Source: Macrostomum lignano (Eukaryota). Taken from it: a DNA stretch of 64,000 nt. The stretch's first letter is position 1. Each line of letters opens with the position of its first letter. The stretch covers positions 62,001 through 126,000 of the forward strand of contig NIVC01001735.1 in the NCBI GenBank assembly GCA_002269645.1, written 5' to 3'. The notes under the pieces are model-generated. The model did not search any database and was not told the DNA's origin. It saw only the letters and a program-made list of their open reading frames with translations. The translations under genes were made by a program, and so were the position numbers. Of the stretch, positions 48,117 through 59,935 are shown one piece after another.

Positions 48117-48330
48117 TATTGCACAGAGCCAGCTACATAGATTACATGATGTAAATGATTAGGATAACTAATTAAATGGGGATAAGGTATTGCCTAGGTA
48201 ATGGCAAATTTAGATATAGGGCCATAGTCATTCAAGACAAAAAGCTAGGCCTAGCCATATTGCAGCATATTGGCCTATTTAACCTATTATATTATTTAGC
48301 CTTTTAATGAAACTTCTTAAGTTACAATTA

Positions 48331-49117
48331 GGCTCATTCCATATAAGATGGACATAATTGGAAAATAGAAAAAAGTCAATATTTTTGCTTGCCATTGCCT
48401 AATTAGCCTATTTTTTTTACCAAATGTTTATATTGTGCAATATATACAATCTAAGAATAAAGGAATGGTAAAATGTTGGATTAGTATGTTATCAATTGGC
48501 AAAAAGTCATTTTTGTAAAAATTTGGACATTTTTCGAAGCAAAAGACATCATTAAGATTTTGTACCTTTTAAAAACAAATAGAAAGCTTTTGAAGGTTGA
48601 AACAAACTATAGATAAAAGTATAATACTTGCATCATCAGATAAAAGCATTGGTGACCAAATAATCTATTATATTTTTAATGTATTAGTACCTCAAAGTTA
48701 CTGAATTGACAGAAAAAAATATGTTATAACCATAATGTTACGACCATAAGGCTGCCTTTTCTTTTGTATCTTTGTTGCCTTTTGAGTTTATATATTCTAA
48801 TAAAAGAGTATGATTTCTAAAGATGTTCTTAGTCAAATTTTAAAAATGTATTGCAAAATATCAAAAATGAAAAATGTTATAAGACTTTTACCTTTTAGTT
48901 TCTATATGTCAAAAATCCTGTCGTTACGACCATAAGTGTCATTTAAGGTTTAATAGCATCTATACTAATGATGATATCTATATGAAACTCTATAAATATA
49001 TTCTAGACAAAATAATCTTTCATTTAAAATATTGGTTTAGTATATTCTATTATTAGATTTCATTTTATAAGTAAAAATAACCTGTCATGTTATGACCATG
49101 CTTATATGGAATGAGCC
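48331..49117. mobile_element. ~790-bp MITE-like element, TIR ggctcattccatataag, flanked by atta on both sides
   Basis: 17-bp perfect (about 28-bp imperfect) inverted ends; internal ttacgaccataa repeats. Confidence 0.65.
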
Positions 49118-49581
49118 ATTAGGAGTTTTGACTAAAATATTTTTTTCAAACTTCTACTAATAGGCCTTTTTTATAAAGGTATTATACTTTATACCATGTA
49201 TTATAATAAAAAAGCAGCAGTAGTATGTTTATTACATGACAGTTTTATTCTATATATAGAAAGAAGACTATATATATTTTCCAAATCCTAAATCAATTTA
49301 TAGGCCTATTCTTAAATAGCTAACAGTCTTATGTAATTATTCATGAAACAATTTAGCTTTTTTCTTTATGTTTAGCTTAATGCTGTTAGTGTTAGTTTAT
49401 CAAAAAAATTATATATATATAAGGTTTAAGTAAAATTTTTTGAATTATTAACACAATATATATTATTAGTTTGCCTTTTTTGGACAAAACTATTTTATAA
49501 TATATTTGGTCTTCTTAGTGCAATATCCATGTATAAATAAATAAATAATATTCATTTATGCCAATCAAGTTGCACAGGCAG

Positions 49582-52500
49582 ATGTCACAAAATTACCAGG
49601 TATTGGGAATTATTGATCGAGGCAGGCCTGGTGTAGTGATCTACAAAGTGGTGGACAATGCTCAGGCCAGGTGTGTGTTATTATACTTGTAACATGATGA
49701 TACTGTACCAACATTAAAGCTACTTCCTGTTTCTTACTCCCTAAAGGAAAATATTCCATATTCCTGATTTTTCATTAGAGTATTGGATCATGCAGACTTT
49801 CACTTAGTGCCTGGTATTTTTGTATATTTTTGTATTGCTTTATATTCTTTTATTGCTAGTCTTCAGTAGGCAATTGTAATATGAATTGAAATGAGTGCCA
49901 CATACATACTAGTATAAGTAGACATGCCACTTAAAAAATGCAATCATCTAATCTTTTAGTAGCATTGTAAGACTAGCAACCTTTTTTATATTGATAAAAA
50001 ATTAATTTTTTTGTTTTTAATGCCGCGAAAGTTGCCTCTGGCTCTCTACAAGCAGACCGATTCAATTAGCATCTTCAAGCTGCACCCAAATCCAGTGCAT
50101 GTGCATAGCGAGCAAGAGAGAGAAGGGGTGGCGCTCCAGCCAGACCGAAAACAGTTTGGCTTTCCTCTTACCCGCTTGTATCTGACTTTCACCTCCTTAC
50201 TGATCTCTGATTGGCTAAGCCAGACTGCCAGATTGAGCCTGCCCCCAAGGCTGAGTTTCGTCCGTCTCACTTTCACCTCTCTCCTTACTGCTCTCTCATT
50301 GGCTGAGTCAGATTGGGCCTGCCCCCTAGTGTTCCCTCTTTCGTTCACTTGTTTGTGTACATTGAGTTAAATGCTTCTTGTTCATTCTACGAGTGTTCCT
50401 AAAGGTAAAGGCCACAAACCCCGAAGAAGAAAAGGAAATTTTAGCTGCCAAATTAGATTTAAGTGACACTGCGCAGACAAACTACTGAAAAAGAGTAGAC
50501 GCTCTTTTTTTCACAACTTTAATTGCGAGTGACATATCTCGTTACTCTCATATATTTTTATGTGACTAGTAATGGGAATTTAGTTTCAACAAGTCTTACC
50601 TTTCTGACGGTATTGAATTCTGGTCACTTAAAATCTTGCTGCTAACGTAGTGGAATCACCCTGTTACTTATCAACTTTATCGAAACAGAATCTTCGCTAT
50701 GAAGAAGGTGTGCTTAGACAGCGAAGAAGAGACGCGGTCAAGGTCCTTTGTCGAACGGGAAGCCAAGCTGCTGCAGAGGCTGTCCTGCTCGCATCTGGTC
50801 TGGTGCTACGCTGCCTTCGCTAACGAGGACTGCACCACCTTCTCCATTGTCACTGTGAGCTAAATTGTTTTTTATTTTTACATGCTGCTCATAGTGACAA
50901 TCTGACATGGCTTTTACTATTTCCTGGAACTTTAGAATTAGACTTTGGGACATCAAAGTGGACATTGGGCCCTCAAGTTAGACTTTAGGGGCGCCAAAGT
51001 AGACTGAGGATCCAAAGTAGACATTTCAGGCGCCAAAGTAGACATTAGAGGCGCCAAAGTAGACATTTCAGGCGCTAAAGTAGACATTTCAGGCGCTAAA
51101 GTAGACATTGAGGGCGCCAAAGTAGACATTAGAGGCGCCAAAGTAGACATTTCAGGCGCTAAAGTAGACATTGAGGGCGCCAAAGTAGACATTATAGGCG
51201 CCAAAGTAGACATTATAAGCGCCAAAGTAGACATTAGAGGCGCCAAAGTAGACATTATAGGCGCCAAAATAGACATTGGAGGCACCAAAGTAGACTAAGG
51301 ATTCAAATTAGACATTGGGGGCGCCAGAGTCGACATAGAGGATCCAAAGTAGACTGAGGATCCAAAGTAGACTGAGGATCCAAAGTAGACATTGGAGGCG
51401 CCAAAATAGACATTGGATCTAAAGTAGCCATTGGGGAGTCAAAGTAGACATTGGGGAGTCAAAGTAGACATCGGGGAGTCAAAGTAGACATCGTGGAGTC
51501 AAAGTAGACATCGGGGAGTCAAAGTAGACATCGGGGAGTCAAAGTAGACATTGGGGAGTCAAAGTAGACATCGGGGAGTCAAAGTAGACATTGGGGAGTC
51601 AAAGTAGACATTGGGGAGTCAAAGTAGACATCGGGGAGTCAAAGTAGACATCGGGGAGTCAAAGTAGACATCGGGGAGTCAAAGTAGACATTGGGGAGTC
51701 AAAGTAGACATCGGGGAGTCAAAGTAGACATTGGGGAGTCAAAGTAGACATTGGGGAGTCAAAGTAGACATCGGGGAGTCAAAGTAGACATTGGGGAGTC
51801 AAAGTAGACATCGGGGAGTCAAAGTAGACATCGGGGAGTCAAAGTAGACATTGGGGAGTCAAAGTAGACATTGGGGAGTCAAAGTAGACATTGGGGAGTC
51901 AAAGTAGACATTGGGGAGTCAAAGTAGACATCGGGGAGTCAAAGTAGACATCGGGGAGTCAAAGTAGACATTGGGGAGTCAAAGTAGACATTGGGGTAGC
52001 CAAAGGAAGCACTGGGATACTACTGCAAAGCGGAGGTCAAGAATTCTGTTCAAAAGCAATCTCAACCTCGAACGTTCCCAAAGGACTATTGCGAAGGCGG
52101 AAATCTCGCTAAGCACATCGCCTGTAGGAAGATGGTGAGCTTGCTAATAGCATAAATTATTCGGATAAATTCCTAATTCGAATACTATATTAACTAAGCT
52201 TGTACATGTGTAAAATTTTTCAGACCAATGAAATTTTCGACGAAGACGAGATTATGCATGTAAGCTGCTCTCAGCTTCATTTCTAGTTGAACACTGTTAT
52301 ATTTGTAATTTATTTTCATTGCGCTTCATTTTGGCGCGTTTTAACTTTCTATTTTAGTGGTTCGTTCAAGCCACTCTTGGTCTGAACTATCTGCATAATA
52401 ACGGAATTCTTCACAGGTGAGGCATCGGACTGACTGATTTTGTTTTATGCAGTAAGAGCAGTCTGTCTTGGTTGTGTTTCTTGGTATTTTCTTTTACCTG

Positions 52501-55500
52501 CTCTTCTAGATGCCAATCCATCCTCTTAGTCTTTGTTTAGGATGTCATTTAATCTCTTAGTCTTTGTTTGGAATGCCACCTCATCTGGTCTTTGTTTGAG
52601 ATGCCAAACACATCTTCTGGTCTTTGTCTGAGACTCAGGTGCCAACCTCATCATCTGGTCTTTGTCCGAGATGCCACACACATCTTCTGGTCTTTGTCTG
52701 AGATGCCACACACATCTTCTGGTCTTTGTCTGAGACTCAGGTACCAACCTCATCATCTGGTCTTTGTCTGAAGCTCAGGTACCAACCTTATCATCTGGTT
52801 TTTGTCTGAGACTCTCAGGTACCAACCTCATCATCTGTTCTTTGTCTGAGGCTCTCAGGTACCAACCTCATCATCTGGTCTTTGTCTGAGACTCTCAGGT
52901 ACCAACCTCATCATCTGGTCTTTGTCTGAGGCTCTCAGGTACCAACCTCATTATCTGGTCTTTGTCTGAGACTCTCAGGTACCAACCTCATCATCTGGTC
53001 TTTGTCTGAGGCTCTCAGGTACCAACCTCATCATCTGGTCTTTGTCTGAGACTCTCAGGTACCAACCTCATCATCTGGTCTTTGTCTGAGGCTCTCATGT
53101 GCCAACCTCATCATCTGTTCTTTGTCTGAGACTCTCAGGTACCAACCTCATCATCTGGTCTTTGTCTGAAACTCTCAGGTACCAACCTCATCATCTGGTC
53201 TTTGTCTGAGACTCTCAGGTACCAAACTCATCATCTGGTCTTTGTCTGAGGCTCTCAGGTACCAACCTCATCATCTGGTCTTTGTCTGAGGCTCTCAGGT
53301 ACCAACCTCATCATCTGGTCTTTGTCTGAGACTCTCAGGTACCAACCTCATCATCTGGTCTTTGTCTGAGACTCTCATGTGCCAAGTCCAGCTTCTAGTC
53401 TTTGTCTGAGACTCTCAGGTACCAACCTCATCATCTGGTCTTTGTCTGAAACTCTCAGGTACCAACCTTATCATCTGGTCTTTGTCTGAAACTCTCAGGT
53501 ACCAACCTCATCATCTGGTCTTTGTCTGAGACTCTCATGTGCCAAGTCCAGCTTCTAGTCTTTGTCTCACTGTCACGTGCCAACCCCAACTTCTAGTCTT
53601 CGTCTCAGACTCAGGTGCCATCCGGTATAAAGTCCATTGTAGACAAAAATGTTCAAATTATAATCCAAAACCATTGCAGAGATCTTCGGCCCAGCAATGT
53701 GAATCTCACCAATAGAAATGTAGCCAAGCTGTGCGATTTCGGCTTCTCAAAATGCGTCGACAATTTTCTCGATCTAATTAACGGAGTTGTTGGCTTGCCG
53801 TTCTATCAGTCGCCTGAGGCCTGCAACTTCAACGCCTACACGTCAAAGTGCGACGTTTGGGTGAGTGTGATGTCATGTCTTACAGGTGATGTCATGTCTG
53901 ACAGGTGATGTCTTGTCTGACAGGTGATGTCATGTGTGACAGGTGATGTCTTGTCTGACAGGTTATGTCTTGTCTGACAGGTTTTGTCATATCTGGCGGG
54001 TAATGTCATGTCTGACGGGTGATGTCATGTCTGACAAGTGATGTCATGTCTGACAGGTTATGTCATATCTGGCGGGAATGTCATGTCTGACGGTTGATGT
54101 TATGTCTGACAAGTGATGTCATGTCTGACAGGTGATGTCAAGTCTGAAAGTAATGTCATGTCTGACAAGTGATGTCATGTCTGACAGGTAATGTCATGTC
54201 TGACGGGTGATGTCAAGTCTGAAAGTAATGTCATGTCTGACGGGTGATGTCAAGTCTGAAAGTAATGTCATGTCTGACGGGTGATGTCAAGTCTGAAAGT
54301 AATGTCATGTCTGACAAGTGATGTCATGTCTGACAGGTAATGTCATGTCTGACGGGTGATGTCAAGTCTGAAAGTAATGTCATGTCTGACGGGTGATGTC
54401 AAGTCTGAAAGTAATGTCATGTCTGACGGGTGATGTCAAGTCTGAAAGTAATTTCATGTCTGACAGGTGATGTCAAGTCTGACAACCTTATCTGGCAGGT
54501 GATGCCAATTCTATTATTTAATGCATCAAATAACAATTACTTGTCTGACAGGTAATTTGATGTCTGGCTAGTGATAAAGTGTCTGATAATTTTGTGTCCA
54601 ACAAGTATTAGGCTAGTCTTAATTTTCAGTTAAACTCTTTCGTTATTGTTATATCTAGTGCTGTTGATAAACTCCCCCAGTCCCTCGGCTGCCTGCTGTA
54701 CGAGCTGGCCTGCCTTCGGCCGGCTTTCTACTTGGAGTCTGGCGCTCGCACTGTCCTTGACCGGGTCAGGCGGGGCAGCTTCGCCAAGCTGGACCGCCGC
54801 TCGCTCGGTTTGTCCTCGGCGCTGACCAGCCTGGTTGACGAGCTGCTGCAGGTGAGGGCGCTTTTTTGTCTGAGGATATCTCACCGCGACCCCTGGTTCG
54901 ATTCCGTGCGCAAACACATTAATTTGGCTTCCACACCCGTGAGAGCCAGCCCCCAAGGCACAGAGAGTAAATCTCTGACTAGAAAGTCGGCTGTGCACCC
55001 TGTGTGAGCGAGTGTTTGAGTGCGTGTCTGCGCACAGTATTGGGCGCACGCTAGAAAAATAATAGACTTAGTACTAATTAGATGACGAGGCATTAAGCCT
55101 GAATAAGGTAGTCATAGTTACTCTTACCGTTTACCCAAAATTGCGTTAATTTTTGCTCTACAGTTTCTTTCAAAGGTAAGTCGCATTTTTGGTAAAAAAA
55201 AAGTCAAAAAAATATTTTGGGATTTCGTCTGTCTGTCTGCGATATCCCCACTTTTCCCTAACCGGCTGGCCCTCACTCCACAGGTGTCGTGGGAGAAGCG
55301 GCCCTCGTGCAGGCGGCTGCTCACGCAGGGCAGTCTGGTCCGGCGCCACCTGGCCCAGTTCAGCAGCCTGGCGGAGGAGAACGCCGAGGAACGTGGCGGC
55401 GTCACCAGCCGGGCTAGCGGCGGCCTTCGGGGCGGCTCCGCGTCGCCGTCGGACTCCCCGCGTCGCGGCAGCCGCGGCAGCGCCACAGAGCGGCCGCTGT

Positions 55501-56009
55501 CGCGAATGTCGCGGATCCAGACACCCCGGCCGAGGCCTCGCTGGTCCGCGGCGGGCAGCGCCGGCGGCGGCAGGGCCGGCATCGTGCCGGAGGAGACGGA
55601 CGACCTGGAAGACCTCATTGACATGCGGGACAACGGCAGCAGCAGCTCCGAGGACTCCGACGATGACGACGACGCGGGCGGAGCTGGAAGCCGCGGCCGG
55701 CGCCACCAACAACGCGGCGGTCGTTACAATGACGACGAGGCGGCCGAAGACAACGACGATGATGACGAAGCAAGCAGCAGCAGCGACGAGGAGGAGTGCG
55801 CTGACACGGAGGATTGGGCGCTAGTGCTTGAGGAGGCCCGACGCGCTGTTGAGGACGGCCAGTCCGCCGCAGCGGCCGCCGCCGCCTCCGCCCCGGCGGG
55901 GTGCTACGACTCTGTCGCCGATTGCCTGTTTGACGCCTACGGCGTTGATGGCAGCTGCGTCGACAAATCCGGCCGACACGTGTGCGCCGAGTACCTCCGG
56001 AGCGTGTGA
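49582..56009 (+). CDS. NIMA-related (NEK-family) Ser/Thr kinase with an acidic low-complexity tail; exons 49582-49670, 50689-50854, 52084-52134, 52224-52259, 52358-52416, 53680-53860, 54681-54851, 55284-56009
   Basis: FAMKKV, EREAKLL, DYCEGGNL, WFVQATLGLNYLH, HRDLRPSN, DFG, GLPFYQSPE and DVWSLGCLLYEL. All seven junctions are GT-AG and phase-consistent. Most exons are too short for the ORF track. Confidence 0.88.
50950..51995. repeat. Two fused minisatellites sharing caaagtagacat: a 21-bp degenerate array, then a homogeneous 20-bp array (caaagtagacaYYggggagt)n, in kinase intron 2
   Basis: Seen directly; the switch occurs near 51425. Confidence 0.95.
52560..53590. repeat. 40-bp minisatellite (ggtctttgtctgagactctcaggtaccaacctcatcatct)n in kinase intron 5
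   Basis: About 20 or more units. Confidence 0.95.
53870..54500. repeat. 18/19-bp minisatellite (tgatgtcatgtctgacagg)n with a 37-bp higher-order unit, in kinase intron 6
   Basis: Seen directly. Confidence 0.92.
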
Positions 56010-57409
56010 GTGGATTGTGGTTTTTTTGTAGCTCGTATATTGGACTCGATCGTATGAAACTGGCACCGCGGACAGGCGTTTAGAGGGGACAGCTGCCCCT
56101 GGCATTGAGATGGGGGCACTTGCCCCCTGGCAGTTAGATGGGGGCAGGGGGCTTCGGGGGCACTGCCTCTACAGCATTTGAGACACAACAAAGAAAAATG
56201 TTTCCGAAGTGCCTGGTATGAAATATATAAATATATGTTAATTCAATACTGACCGCAAGTAGTTAAATAGTATTTTAGTGACAAATTCACTGTATCTCTA
56301 CTAAGTTGCTTAGCTACGAAAGTTTTTCCTTGGATGCGTTTTAAAAGTATTTTTATTGTTTACCAGTTACAATTATATATTAATTAGATAAGTATAAGTC
56401 ATTTTGAAAGGCTGGACTTCCATACATAAACATAAATAGTCATGAAAAATGTTATCATTCTTACTGTTAAGTAGTAGAAGTAGTGAAATAGTGTGGATAA
56501 TTTTTGTTTTATCAGGAAAAAATGCTTTTTAACTTTTGGTTTATACCCTGTAAGTAGTATACTTGGTGCATGAATCGAGTGGAATGTATATGTCAGTATT
56601 CTATCAAATATATTGATTGTTTTTCAGGTTCGACAAAGGCAGTCGGAAGGGCTAGCGGCGGTTAATAATAGTTTGCTAACGCGGAGTTTCTTCATTGCTC
56701 CAATGAAAAAATAGTTAATCATGTTAAATACAGCTCCGTGTCTGCGCGCTGTGTCAGATATGGGCCAGCCAGCTGTGTCAGTACAATCGATAGTTGCTAA
56801 GAAAATCCCGCATTGTTTCGCTTTTTGTTAAAATTCTTACAACGTTTTCTGCCTTACACCGTGTACTGTTATTTTATTTTCTTTCTCTATTAGCCATTTT
56901 GTCAACTGTCCGTGTCTTATTATTGCTTATTACTACTTACAGTAGTGTGGCAGTGCCTAGTTATTGTTGATTTATTAAAAAAATTGCCCTACTTTGCATT
57001 GCTATTTCGTTATGTTTCTGACTTGATCAAAGGCTATTATTGTGTGCATAAAAATGGCTTGCAAATCATTCCGATATTAGAATTTGAAGCTTTTTGAGGC
57101 GTAGAAACATTTATTTGTATAAAAAATTCTCTGTTTTATTACACTTTCTGTTTGATTGGCGCTATCGTGCAGAGTTTTACTGAGCACTTTGAATTCTTGG
57201 AATCATTTTGTTATTTTATAAGCACTTTTTTTGCGTTGTTCCTTGATGCAGCTGATCTGCCGGATAAAAGGGCTGTGCAGCTGTCTTTGTGCAATTCCGC
57301 CCAATCCGCCCCATTAGTGGATACATCAAGTTGAAAATGTGTCTGCATCTAGATCGTAAATACTTAGTTTAATGCGCCTTTTAACTCAATAGGCACTCAA
57401 TCCATGCCT

Positions 57410-58020
57410 CTCTGCAAACCCACCTCACCCCTTCCACACACCCACCTCACTCCCTGCCCCTTCCACACACCACCTCACTCCCTGCCCTCCACACACCCAC
57501 CTCACTCGCTGTCCCTTCCACACCCACCTCACTCCCTGCCCCTCCACACGCCCACCTCACTCCCTGCCCCTTCCACACACCCACCTCACTCCCTGCCCCT
57601 CCACTCGCTAACCTCAATCCCTGCCCCTTCCACACACCCACCTCACTCGCTGTCCCTTCCACACACCCACCTCACTCCCTGCCCCTCCACTCGCTTACCT
57701 CAATCCCTGCCCCTTCCACACACCCACCTCACTCCCTGCCCTCCACACACCCACCTAATTCCCTGCCCTCCACACACCCACCTCACTCCCTGCCCCTTCC
57801 ACACACCCACCTCACTCCCTGCCCCTCCACTCGCTAACCTCAATTCCTGCCCCTTCCACACACCCACCTCACTCCCTGCCCTCCACACACCCACCTAATT
57901 CCCTGCCCTCCACACACCCACCTCACTCCCTGCCCCTCCACTCGCTAACCTCACTCCCTGCCCCTTCCACACACCCACCTCACTCCCTGCCGCTCCATAC
58001 ACCCACCTCACTCCCTGCTT
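57410..58020. repeat. Degenerate C-rich minisatellite (core ccacctcactccctgcc)
   Basis: Seen directly. Confidence 0.9.
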
Positions 58021-58809
58021 AAGCTAGTTAAAAATTAACTAAAAAATGCTGGGAAACAGCTTTGCTAAGAAGTTCCACTTTGTCAGCAGCGGATCTACAG
58101 GTATCTTGTGGAAGAAACCAATAATACTTATGTCTAACCTGTTATTGACAGTAGCCATTTCGTGTTGTTTTTACACCAAGCAGAATTAAATCTCTTTATT
58201 GATAATCAGGTAAGGCGTTGCTCTGATATTATATAAACTTTAAATTACTTATAGGGGCATATTGTCCATTCAGAGATGCTTTTCTATTTTCCGTCCCGAC
58301 AAAACTGCGTTTTTTCCTGCAGTTCAGTTTTTCCTTGTACGCTGTCCGTCCAAAGTTCTTGGGTGTTTGCTAAAATTAAGCGATTTATCAAGCTTCTCCG
58401 TCTCTGGAATCTTTGTTTGTACATACGTATACACAATTTCTATTAATTAGTCTTTGTTGTCGGGCACTGCTACACAGTAGAGTAGCATGCAGATAGCTAT
58501 CCTAGATAGATTCTATGCCGATTAAATTCTCTGCAGTTGATTTAATAGTACAGTCTACTTCCCGTTGAGTTTCCCGTAGTAACTACTCTGAAACCCTTTT
58601 TATCGGATATTGTTTTAGTTCGAGCTAATTGGATAGCCATGTCTTGATTAATGATAAAATGAATTACATTTTGTTTATCTGGCTCCTTCATTTTAAATAT
58701 ATCTTACTTATAATCCTATAAAATACGTAGGTTGCCTGAGTTTTCATTCTTTTGCTTTGTTACGAGCATATTTAAAACATTTGGCTTGAGTAACTGCTTC
58801 CGTCAACTT

Positions 58810-59790
58810 TCCACCTCACTCCCTGCCCTTTCAAACACATCCACCTCACTCCCTGCCACTCTGAACACATACACCTCACTCCCTGCCACTCTGAACACAT
58901 CCACCTCACTCCCTGCCACTCTGAACACATCCACCTCACTCCCTGCCACTCTGAACACATCCACCTCACTCCCTGCCACTCTGAACACATCCACCTCACT
59001 CCCTGCCACTCTGAACACATCCACCTCACTCCCTGCCACTCTGAACACATACACCTCACTCCCTGCCACTCTGAACACATCCACCTCACTCCCTGCCACT
59101 CTGAACACATCCACCTCACTCCCTGCCACTCTGAACACATCCACCTCACTCCCTGCCACTCTGAACACATCCACCTCACTCCCTGCCACTCTGAACACAT
59201 CCACCTCACTCCCTGCCACTCTGAACACATCCACCTCACTCCCTGCCACTCTGAACACATCCACCTCACTCCCTGCCACTCTGAACACATCCACCTCACT
59301 CCCTGCCACTCTGAACACATACACCTCACTCCCTGCCACTCTGAACACATCCACCTCACTCCCTGCCACTCTGAACACATCCACCTCACTCCCTGCCACT
59401 CTGAACACATCCACCTCACTCCCTGCCACTCTGAACACATCCACCTCACTCCCTGCCACTCTGAACACATACACCTCACTCCCTGCCACTCTGAACACAT
59501 CCACCTCACTCCCTGCCACTCTGAACACATCCACCTCACTCCCTGCCACTCTGAACACATCCACCTCACTCCCTACCACTCTGAACACATCCACCTCACT
59601 CCCTGCCACTCTGAACACATCCACCTCACTCCCTGCCACTCTGAACACATACACCTCACTCCCTGCATTTTCAAACACACCCACCTCACTCCTTGCCACT
59701 CTGAACTCATCCATCTCACTGCCTGCTTCTCCGCACACACCCATCTCACTGCCTGCTTCTCCGCACACACCCATCTCACTCCTTGCACTC
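58810..59790. repeat. Homogeneous 30-bp minisatellite (ccacctcactccctgccactctgaacacat)n upstream of Orai
   Basis: About 28 near-identical units plus decayed ends. Confidence 0.97.
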
Positions 59791-59935
59791 CTTGCTCCTC
59801 TGCACACACCCACTTGCGACATTATTAGCTATCGGTAGAACCAATATGACTAGCGCTCTGAATCACCACAGCAGTGCTCTCCACAGCTCTGCTTCATATT
59901 ATTATTTGTCTCTTTGCATGCATTCAGAGCTGCCA

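Noticed and set aside
50060-50340. Two ~100-bp direct repeats with ATTGG boxes in kinase intron 1
   Set aside because: Only two diverged copies and no termini or TSD; cannot assign a function
55124-55824. Antisense and alternative-frame ORFs over the last kinase exon (and similarly over TSC1, LicD-2 and Orai)
   Set aside because: Expected shadows of GC-rich coding sequence
58732-59838. Mucin-like ORF (TSTSLPATLN)n and its antisense ORFs
   Set aside because: A stop-free 30-bp minisatellite; no signal peptide or credible start; Orai begins at 59936
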